Below are positions 12,301-21,932 of a stretch of 54,160 nucleotides of DNA, in pieces. The stretch covers positions 124,001 to 178,160 of the forward strand of contig JALDZS010000028.1 of the NCBI GenBank assembly GCA_022813965.1, given 5' to 3'. The notes beneath the pieces were generated by a model. That model was not told the DNA's origin. It was given only the letters and a program-made list of their open reading frames with translations, and searched no databases. Within the stretch, counting starts at the first letter, position 1, and each line of letters opens with the position of its first letter. The stretch is from Toensbergia leucococca. Lineage: Eukaryota. A program made the position numbers and the translations under genes.

Positions 12301-12896
12301 TTTGTTCCGTTTTATCGTTTGTTTGGGTGGTTTGGGGGACGGTGGTCGTGGTTGAGGTGGATATATTTTGAGGATGAGCGCTGTGGTGTCTGTTTGGATG
12401 ATATTGCTTTTCTTTTTGAGGACAAGATTCAGGGAAAAGAGATTATGAGTACGTGAAAGTATTTGCTATTGGATATTCTACGCTAGATGCTATGTTTGCA
12501 GATGGCTGGTAGCAACGCGGTACGTTTCCGGAGTAAACATATCTTGGACGCCGGTTGCGGCTTTGGAATGTGCATGTTGCGCTGGGTGATACAGTGAGCG
12601 AGAAATACCCTGTAGCAGTTAGAGTGGGGACGATCTATTGGAGAATCATGACAGGTCTGTGTGATTTGATGATATTGGAGATTGTATATGGGTTGAGGTT
12701 GTTGTGCAAAATGTAGTACAGTGGGTGGGTATGTGCTTGAAATGCTGAGGAATGCAAAAGAAAGCAGGCCATATTTGCACAAGTTTTGCAGATGACGCAA
12801 CAAGAAACAACAGGAGCTACAACAAGAAAGCAACAATGCGATTTGAGCTAGGTGCCCAGATCCATACCGTCCTCTGGACAAGGAATATCAAGTTAT

Positions 12897-15002
12897 TCAA
12901 ATTTCCATAAAGTCCGACGCGGTAGGACGCGAAACCCTCTGGCTCCGGAAGTGTGGTAGAACTGCGCCCATTGTTGAGCTGTCAGTGACTGACTGTAAGT
13001 TGATCGCGGTGGGTAAGTCGGCGAATGGGAGCCTTGGGGCGATTGTTGGAGAGGTGATAGTGAGGGGTGGGTCAGGTCCGAAGAGAGATTCAAGACGAGG
13101 GATGATTACTTGCACGGTCTGACCCTGGCTATTCTGAGCAAATGGAGACATGAACGTTGCGAGTTCCGGGCGCCGACGCATATGGCGTTGAGCTGTGACG
13201 ATGTTGGGCCGCTGTAAGAATCCTTCGCGGTAGAGGTTCTCTTTTGGGATGTCCGTACCTAGCGAAGTAGCCCGACCGTTCTTCGGCGAGGGTGCGTCCA
13301 CTCGATCTTCTAACACGTGAAATCTGGGTTGGGAGTGCGCTACTTTGCGGGTCCTCATTTTGGGCGGATTCTCCATTTTCTCTAGGTGGCGCTGTGCTGC
13401 TCTAAGTACCCCCGGCGGCGCTACGAGATTTTCATCAAGCACACTCCCTATCTTACCAGTAGACGACGAGCTTCTTACACTCGATTCTGTATCATGGTCA
13501 TCATCTTTCGATGAAGTTGCTGTTTCGTGCGGGCCATCTGTATCAGACTGGGAATATTCGTTTTTCGCAGTGGGCAAGGCACGACTACCGTCATCTTCGA
13601 TATCCGAGCCTGATAGTATGGCTTCTGTCTGCAGTTGTGGAGCTTCGGGAATATCACTCCGGCTACTTGATGCGCTACCGGCTCTCCCAGGTACAACATC
13701 CGTAACCTTGTCTTGGCTCATGTGCTCATCGTACAGCACGCCAACCTCTCTCTCACTCATCATGGCCACATCAACGTCACCGGCCATGGCTCTTCGTAGA
13801 TGTTCTATCAGATTATCCTCCGGATAAGAATCAATGCCGTCATCCTGAAAGGTGTCTGCCGTGGAGTTGTTCGTCGTCGAAGATATAGATGATGCATTTG
13901 ATTTAGCACCTGAGACAGCATGGTTACCTTCGACTTCGTGTACAGCGCCTTCATCAATCTCGCTGTTGTTCGGTGTTTCGGGAATAGGTTCAATCTTAAA
14001 TCTGTCGGCAGACTTTGAATGGCTGGGGCTATCGCTTTGGCGTCGCCAGTACCTAGTGGTACTTCTTTTGAGATGATACACATCGAAATTTTCCACGTAC
14101 TTTGGCTGCCAGTTTTCTTCGTCGAGCGGTTCATCGTTTGCATTGAAGTAATCTTGGATACGTAGGCGAACACTTTCATAGCGAGACTTAAAAGCCTCTG
14201 GGCCTCCCCAAGCAATGTATTTCTCTCTAGTGAAAAGGTTCTCACCAATCAAGACCTCGACCAGGTCTTCCCATTCGAACGCTAGAGTGTTACCTTCGAG
14301 TGGAGCACCTTTTTGCAAGACAAATACTCGACGATCAAATGGCTCAAGTTCACGCCAATGAGACGACGTAGGCTTGGCGAGAACATTGTTTCGATCATTT
14401 ATAGCCGAAGACTTGGAGCTTTTTACACTAGGCTTCGTTTCGTGAGGTGAAGAGGAAGTCTCGAACTTGAACAGACGCTTTTCAGCTCCCTTCGGACGAA
14501 GAATGTCATCCATTGGATGATGCTTCATATCATAATCTACGGTCTTCTCGCCTTGTGTGGCTGCACGTGTATTGTGGCGTCGTTCAGGAGGCGAAGGACT
14601 TGCTTTCCTCTTTCTAGAGTTTGTCTTAATGGTCTCGCGTATGGGAGATGTGGATTCAAACCGGACCATTCGCTTGGCTGAAGCTTTTGGGCGTAGCATA
14701 TCGTCCATAGGATGATGCTTCATATCGTAATCCACAGTCTTCTTGCCTTGTACGGCGGCACGGGTAGTATGGCGACGTTCTGGGCTTGGTGAGGCACTAG
14801 CTTTCATTTTTGTAGCCCCAGGAGGAATTGAATCTCGAGTTGGTGTTAATATAACGTTCTTAGTATTCAGGCCGTTGTGCATTCTTGGTTGCTTGGCTTT
14901 ACGAATACTCTGGGTAGGATCAGGAATTGTATTCCTACTGGGCGATGGTTCGGCGGATGTTTCATCGTCAGAGACGACGTTACGAGATGATAGTCTAGCC
15001 AT
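12897..15002 (-). CDS. Hypothetical protein (~700 aa) with duplicated VDYDMKHHPMDDxLRP motif
   Basis: Long ORF with first ATG at 15002 (MARLSSRNV); internal 65-aa duplication; largely disordered. Confidence 0.8.
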   Translation of the reverse strand: MARLSSRNVVSDDETSAEPSPSRNTIPDPTQSIRKAKQPRMHNGLNTKNVILTPTRDSIPPGATKMKASASPSPERRHTTRAAVQGKKTVDYDMKHHPMDDMLRPKASAKRMVRFESTSPIRETIKTNSRKRKASPSPPERRHNTRAATQGEKTVDYDMKHHPMDDILRPKGAEKRLFKFETSSSPHETKPSVKSSKSSAINDRNNVLAKPTSSHWRELEPFDRRVFVLQKGAPLEGNTLAFEWEDLVEVLIGENLFTREKYIAWGGPEAFKSRYESVRLRIQDYFNANDEPLDEENWQPKYVENFDVYHLKRSTTRYWRRQSDSPSHSKSADRFKIEPIPETPNNSEIDEGAVHEVEGNHAVSGAKSNASSISSTTNNSTADTFQDDGIDSYPEDNLIEHLRRAMAGDVDVAMMSEREVGVLYDEHMSQDKVTDVVPGRAGSASSSRSDIPEAPQLQTEAILSGSDIEDDGSRALPTAKNEYSQSDTDGPHETATSSKDDDHDTESSVRSSSSTGKIGSVLDENLVAPPGVLRAAQRHLEKMENPPKMRTRKVAHSQPRFHVLEDRVDAPSPKNGRATSLGTDIPKENLYREGFLQRPNIVTAQRHMRRRPELATFMSPFAQNSQGQTVQVIIPRLESLFGPDPPLTITSPTIAPRLPFADLPTAINLQSVTDSSTMGAVLPHFRSQRVSRPTASDFMEI
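14480..14800 (-). repeat. Intragenic tandem duplication, 195-bp period, 2 copies
   Basis: GGATGATGCTTCATATC occurs at 14515 and 14710; the peptide ASPSP(P)ERRHxTRAAxQGxKTVDYDMKHHPMDDxLRPK is repeated. Confidence 0.9.
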
Positions 15003-16172
15003 CTGAAGGGGAATCAGCAATGAGCCTGGATCAAGGTGTAAGTCGCATCTTACCTTATCGGGCCAGACCTGCACGTCTGTAGACCTTGATGTGTAGCCGA
15101 ATATAGTGAAATGTAGGGGATTTGGAGGACGCCAATTAAAGTGATGAAAGGAATTAGGTGGAAAAAAATGTAAAGCGACGTGATAGAGTAGAATTCGACT
15201 GCTTGTGTGACGTTAGGGTAAGGTGTATAAAAAGTATTCACTACATAGATACTAGTAGGTACCAGAACAATTGATTAGGTAAGACTTAGTGGAAATGGAT
15301 GTAGCATATGTAGGTAGGTAGGTAGGTATAATAAAGGACGCATGCTCCATTCACTGATCTATGAGACCTTGCATTTAAGATACCCGAAGTATTACATCTA
15401 CTGCAAGCAGGACTCAAACAGACCGCTTTTAGAGAACAGTCGGTACTTGTATCGTAAAACACCAATTGAGAAATGTATGATCATAAATGAAACATGGTTG
15501 TATTGGCAGTGAGAAAGGGTATCGTTACCATTTCAAACCTCTTCCAAGATGTTACTTGAAGAACGTATCTCGGTACGGAGGATTTCGACACCCGTTTTGA
15601 TGGTACTATACGTTGAGATTCGGATAGAGCGATATGAGTGCCCTGGTTTGCGTATTGTCAGAAATTCTTATCAGCGCTGCTTGCCGTGAGATTGCCTTTT
15701 CTTAGCAGAATTGAGCTGCTGGTAAGTATACTTGGCTGACGTTCAGGGAGTATGTGTCCTGTGATATCAAAATAAAACGAGAGGGCAAAAACTTGAGAAA
15801 ATATGCCACAGCCTTCACATACGTTTACTGATCAACAAGCATGATGACTCTTTTTCAACGAAATGGGCTTCTCACTGTCATTGTGACTCTTTCGATCTTT
15901 TGGACAAGGGCAGAGCTTGCCGAAATGACATTGCCTTCAAACTAAGATGATGCAATGAAAAATGCCCTCGTATCGCAACGCAATCACCAGTCCCCAACGA
16001 CTATCAATGGATAAGTCCGAACTCTTCAGAAATATCCTTGCCAAGCAAAGCAGAACCCGAGATTCGAAACCGGGACATCCCAAACACCTTATCACGAGTA
16101 TGAAGTCCCATTCCAGCCGTAGAGATGCAACGCTAAAGAATAAGTAAATAAAAGTAGACCGACCCATAAATG

Positions 16173-17111
16173 TCAAACGCGTCTCGTCCTTCGAAGAGCA
16201 GATAAGTCGATATGTATTGAACTTGCATCAGAGTCGTCGTCTACCTCAATGGCTCCGGTCTCTACGCCTTCGATAGGCTTCGGCATGTATTCTTCGACCT
16301 TTTCGACAATATCGAACGAACGAGTCTCCTCGCTGATCTGATCTTGTTGCAACGCCTTTTGCTCCTCATCCTTTCTGATGATCTCTGCCTCTCTCTGGGC
16401 CACTTGTAAACACATCTCGAAACTTGTCCTCGTGCCTTCTATTTCGTCACTGCAGTCTCCATCCCTAAGGAATTGATGGGCAGCGACCTCACACAGATTC
16501 TGTGCTGCTTCCAACTCTTTGTCTATCACATCGTAAGCAGACGAGTGATGTTCATTGCGGACATTAGGGCCCGTGCGATTTTCCGCGAGCCTTGGCTGCA
16601 TCATCTTTACACTGAGCACGACAAAATTATCACTAGCAGCGTCGCTTTCCAATGAAGCCATCCGAGCCTTGAGGCTGGCTGCCGTTCTCGCTTTCCTCAG
16701 GTTGTTCCTTGCACCTGCAATGTTCCGTACGAGGAGTTCAAAGCTTTCCTGGATGATGGAGTCGTAGTGAACAATAACCATGGATCTCGTTCGATACTTC
16801 TGAGGGCCGGAAGCACCGGACATCAACGAGGTAGGTTTGCGCTTTCGTCGAGGCTCCTTGATCGACGGATTTTTCTCGTGAGACGGTATTGGGTTTTCGG
16901 TCGTTTTGGCTGCAGTGCCGTCGTTTTCGATTGGTCTCAACGACTCAGTTGACACATGGTTCTTTCTCAATGAAGTGGTGCTAGTGATTCTAACGGACTC
17001 GGAGTGTTGATCTGCTACGCGAACGGATAGCTCATCGAGCTTAGTTGTCCAAGAGGGTAAATTGTCGATGAGGAAGGTAAAGCTTCCCAAGGGATCAATG
17101 GTTGCGACCAT
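16173..17111 (-). CDS. Conserved-looking hypothetical Pezizomycotina protein (~312 aa)
   Basis: Intronless ORF from ATG 17111. Motifs YRTRSMVIVHYDSIIQESFELLVRNI and LEAAQNLCEVAAHQFLRDGDC; ends EVDDDSD..IDLSALRRTRRV. Confidence 0.8.
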   Translation of the reverse strand: MVATIDPLGSFTFLIDNLPSWTTKLDELSVRVADQHSESVRITSTTSLRKNHVSTESLRPIENDGTAAKTTENPIPSHEKNPSIKEPRRKRKPTSLMSGASGPQKYRTRSMVIVHYDSIIQESFELLVRNIAGARNNLRKARTAASLKARMASLESDAASDNFVVLSVKMMQPRLAENRTGPNVRNEHHSSAYDVIDKELEAAQNLCEVAAHQFLRDGDCSDEIEGTRTSFEMCLQVAQREAEIIRKDEEQKALQQDQISEETRSFDIVEKVEEYMPKPIEGVETGAIEVDDDSDASSIHIDLSALRRTRRV

Positions 17112-19169
17112 GGCTGGGTTCAAATTGCTACATAGGTAGAGAACGACAAAACAACGGACGCTATGGGAAAATTGGAATCATCAAAGTCACAAAAAGTGGT
17201 CAAAGCATAAGAGGTTGAGAAACTGGAGCCGAGGTCATGCTGGTGTGGGTCGTCGGCAGTGGGCGGGAATGGCAGGATAGTGATGTTGTGCGACCAAGAC
17301 GTAAGATAGATTGGGAAATATGACCGAGAGATTGTTTGGGGAAAAGGTCAATATGTCGGAAGGGATGGATGGAACGTTCCAATATTACTTTACTGTAAAG
17401 TTGCACCAATATGGGAGGATAAATGAAATCAACGATCCCCTCCCTGATCGGCGAGTAGAGTACCACTCTGTTACTCACTAAAAGGACTAAAGGATTACAC
17501 ACATGGCATCATGCCGATCATGGCCATGTGCTTTGTGAGTCTAAGTACGCCACCAAATTGTCATCCAATGTGCTTCTGGTGCTCCACCCTTATTTCCACC
17601 ATCATTCACCCCAATTTCCTGTCCATCGTCATTTTCAGCTTGTAGCCATCAGGTCATTCGCGCCTTTTGCGGCTGCCCTGTTGGAGGGATGGATCGAACT
17701 ATTCTATGGTGATTAGCCTCAACTGCGAGGGGTGCGCTTCGGCTTGAATCAGGAATTGAGGGGTTTACCATGCATGATAACCGCACGCGAGCTGCAAGCC
17801 TCACACATCACTGGCCAATCTACCAAAAGCAAAAGCGACGTGGCACATACTTTCAAGCCATTCATGCAACTTTCCATCATGACCTACACCGTTCACTAGT
17901 CCCTAATAAAGAAGAGAAAGTCGTATTGAATTTGTTACAGTGTTCAAATCTCGATCATTTGGATATGGAGCATGTCTCGGATGTCCCTGTGATGCTACTA
18001 ATATTCTAGGTAAAACTCTTCACCCTTGGAATCCAGTTCAATCAATTAATAAGAATACTGATCAAGTACAAATAGCATTGAAAAGAAGACTCCGTTACTT
18101 TACACCTCTCTATCAGCATTCAGAGCAGGGTGCATGTGCAGGATCATCTTCCTAACCTCGATTGATTACGGTAGGGATGAGATCCTGGAACTTCATACCG
18201 CTCTTTTCTCCCTTGCATTGAACAACGCGCAGGAAACGTCCATGTGCAGTAAAAACTATTTCATTTTGATGTATTTGCATTTACATAGCCACGAAGGAAC
18301 AGAGCATGCCGGTATCCTTCCTTACGACTCAAGTTACCCACTTCCTGCAGTACAAGTACAAGTATTACGAGCACAGTCAACGGCAGCAATATTGACTCAC
18401 ACAGAAACGTCCTTCAGACTCTGATCATGCAGTTAGCTTACAGTACAACACCGGCAATCGATTCAGAACCCAAGATTCCTGTAAAAATCCGAGAAGATGC
18501 AATATGAACAGGGTTGTGCACAAGCGCGGTAATACCAGCGAAATGGTCAACGAGAACCAAAGCCCACAGAGTCTTTTCGAGTATCACCAATCAATTAGAG
18601 GCGTAAATCGTATATCGTATGATTCTTGAACTTAGGGTTAGCATTTAACGCAGCCCTAACTACCTTAGCGAGTAGAGTGAGGGCACGGGTGAGATGAGCG
18701 TATAGGTTGATAGAACATCTAGTACATACGGGTAGTCCTACCGGTCCTAGTTTTAGACGTGTCACGAATTTATTGTTGCCTCTATTCGATGACAAGTATT
18801 ATGTATAACACAATGAAACGATTCAAATTGAGGTATGTATTATTTTTGACTCGGGATCTCAAGATTGAAGTACTACCACATTTTAAGGTACGTAGACATA
18901 TTTTAGATATTGTATCAGAATCATATCTTTGTATTCTTTGATATACCTACGGTACTACGGTATTGCTACTGCAGCTATCAAGGACGCGTGAGAAACATAG
19001 AATATACTGGAAAAATGTCATAGAAATTGATTCATCACCCCTAGCCCCAGGTGCAACATCACAGCATTCATCACAAAAACATTATGTCATTACACAATGC
19101 AAAAGAGGCGAAGAATTGAGTCAAAGGATAGTATGAAAATGTAAGGTTTTTCTAAGCAGTACTGCTACT

Positions 19170-19350
19170 ACACGGCACACAGTAGAGATGAGATAGATAG
19201 TACGCAACAGAGGTTTTAATGGCACACAACAGCGGCACTAGGTGGCACACAATAGAGACGTTAGATGGCACGCAATAGAGACGGTAGATAGCACAAGATA
19301 GAGATGATATCTGAGGCGCAAAAGAGGTGATAGATGACACGCAATAGATG
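19170..19350. repeat. Degenerate ~21-22 bp tandem repeat (GCAC(A/G)CAATAGAGAxGxTAGAT-like), probably a TE remnant
   Basis: About 8 imperfect copies, e.g. ggcacacaatagagacgttagat / ggcacgcaatagagacggtagat / gcacaagatagagatgatat, in AT-rich surroundings. Confidence 0.7.
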
Positions 19351-20005
19351 CAAAGAACCGAGTCAAATGTGATGTGAAATCATGATGTTTCCCAAAGGTA
19401 GGTAGACAGGCAGGTAGAAAGGTAAATAGATGAATGAGTTGAAAATCCCGTTCTACTAATGTATCTCAGTTCTTCTTCTGTAGAGTACATTCTGTGGATA
19501 CGAACTATCAGAACCAAGTTGCTACCCTACCTCGTATCACTGATGATATCAGCCCATAAACGCAGTCCCATACAATAACACCGTTTAGATACTGCATCAT
19601 GAATTCATACCATTTCGCTGAGGTACGAGTACCATAGTCACTAGGTGAGGAACCCACCAGGGTCGATGTATTCTATTAATTGAATGGAACTTAGAGTAGT
19701 GGCAAGTCGTCAAGATCTTAGAAAGAATTGGAGAAATGAGCTTGTTCGGAACAACAATGATAAGTCATTGTGCTACAGGTCAAATACGTTAAGATAGACC
19801 ACGAAATTGGATAAGTCAATAGGATCGCCCCGCTTAGCCGCACATTTAATCTATGCCACCATTCATGTCATCATCACTTCCTCCTTCATCAAACGAGCTA
19901 ACTTCATCTCTCACACCTCCCCCTACCTCCCCCTACCTCAAAATAACAACATCAGCCATAGCTCCCCAACTTCCCCACCACCGCCTCCACCTCCTCCTAA
20001 AAACA

Positions 20006-20885
20006 ATGTCCACCACGACCCCTCACTCCCCCATGCCTAAGCCCGCCCCATGGAGCTCCCTCTTCCAAACCCACATCTCTCGTCTCCCCTCCCCAGAATT
20101 CGTCCTCAGTACCCTCTCCCCCGCCCAAAAGGACTCCCCAACTCCCTTCTTCCCCCGTGCCCGCTACTGCATCTACCGCGGCATGTGGGCCACCCTCCCC
20201 GAGAACAAACACAACCCTGCCCCCCCAAACCCACGCGTCTACGAATCAGACTTACCGACCTTCACCTCCGATGTGCGCATGCAGAAGATCCCTGAGATTT
20301 TTGCTACTGGGGCGGGACATGGGGGTGTGGAGCAGGCGCAGGGGAGTGGAGGGGGCGGGGCTGTGGAGGCGGTATATTGGGTTAAGGAGGTGGGGGTGCA
20401 GTGGCGGGTTAAAGGACGGGCGTTTGTGGTGGCGAGGGATGTGGAGGGGGAGGGAGAAGGGAGCAGTGGGGTGAGGACTCTGAAGAGTGAGGTTGGGGCC
20501 CGGATGAGAGTTTTGGAGGAGGGAATGGAGAGCGAGTGGAGCTGGGCGCGGGAGCTGACGGCCCATTTTGGGAATTGTAGTCCCGGCATGCGAGGTCTGT
20601 TTCGAGAGCGTCCCCCACACCCACCTATCTTTACTGATATCTACGACAGGCTCATGGCGCAACCCACCCCCGGGCGCCCCCGTCAAAGGCGAACCGGACA
20701 AAGACCACCAGCTCGGGCAAAAAGTAACCGATTTGGAAGATCCAGTCGCACGAGAGAATTTCAGAGTGGTAATTATACTGCCGGATGAGGTTGAGCAGTG
20801 CGATATCAGCGATCCAGAGAAGGCGAGGCGGTGGCGGTATAAATATGTAGAAGGGGACTGGACGACAGAGGAGTTATGGCCTTAA
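20006..20885 (+). CDS. Pyridoxamine 5'-phosphate oxidase-like FMN-binding split-barrel protein
   Basis: Exons 20006-20594 and 20650-20885. APW..LF..H, FVLSTL, PRARYCIYRG, FTSDVRMQK, VEAVYW...QWRVKG, SPGMRGSWRNPPPG, ARENFRVV, WTTEELWP. Confidence 0.9.
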
Positions 20886-21932
20886 AATGCGGGTGTCAGG
20901 AGGCTGGAAGGTGTAATTTGGGGAGGGGGGAAAGTGTTCGTGGCGGAGACGTAGCACTGTTCAATCCGCTTCTTCTTGCTGAAGCCATTGCTATTGGGTA
21001 TCTCCTCTGTGTCCTTTTCCGCGTCTATTGGCCTTGAAATAGCCAGTCCCTTCCTTCTCTACAAAAGCCTCACTCAAACAACTCTATTCTTCCCTCCCTC
21101 AACTCTTCTCCACCTCCCTATCACAGCACATCCCATACATCTTACCTAAAAATCCAGCCTAACCCCATTCCCCAAACAGCCTCCCACGACTCTCCTCCGA
21201 AACCTCACCCACCCCTCAACCGGCCTCCCCTCCGCTTCCCTCTCACCCCCTCCCCACTCCACCGTCATACAGAAACCCGCCATAGCAGCAACTATTCCTT
21301 CCCCCCAGGATCCTCACACAAGGACACACTACATCCGAAGCAGCATTTTCCAAACGACTTCCTCATCCAACTCCCCTTTTCCAATACCACCATCGTCAAT
21401 TTCTCACAACCGCCATCGAAAACCCCCCAATCCGTAAAAGAAAAACCAAACATACCTAGTAAAGATAGAAAAAGTCCGGAGGGGGGCGGTGGTGGGTAAG
21501 TTGGGGGGTTCCGGGGGAATCTATGCTGGGATGTACTGTCATTTTTTCCGGCGTGATGAAAAAGGGCATGAGAAAAGGGAGGAACAAAGTCATGGAATGA
21601 TAAAGGACAAAGGAGTCATGTCATCCAGCTCACTGTTTTGCAGTAGCTTGTTCAGTGCAAGTAGCGGCTCCATCTCAAAGGGATTAATGAACTGTCCGTT
21701 CTGTTGAGATTCCCCTTCGATTATACCAAGGAAATCTGGGGTGTCATGACGGCCAGGCGCTCTTGTCGGGGCTTTGGACGTAGGTTTTGAGAGGAAATTC
21801 ACAAGAGTCACGCGTATTTCTTGTACAGGAATTTTGTAGAATGCGTGAGGAATGAAGGTGATGATGAATAGATTGGATAGCTACACAAGATGACAGCAAC
21901 TGTGAGGTTCTAGGGTAGCTAAGTGAGTAGAT

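Noticed and set aside
10673..12355. Many overlapping ORFs (e.g. 281 aa at 11017-11862 +)
   Set aside because: Stop-poor shadows produced by the extreme C/G skew of the real minus-strand gene.
15308..15330. (TAGG)n microsatellite (also CCTA repeats near 8055)
   Set aside because: Short, common fungal intergenic repeat; not a CRISPR or telomere.
16050..16080. TTCGAATC T-loop-like motif on the minus strand
   Set aside because: No cloverleaf or A-box; it lies in a probable 3' UTR. No tRNA gene is supported in the window.
18632..18641. TTAGGGTTAG (CTAACCCTAA on minus), a possible telomerase RNA template
   Set aside because: No pseudoknot or CR4/5 is recognisable, a similar 9-mer occurs at ~33460, and the context looks like decayed repeat. 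Compatible with chance.
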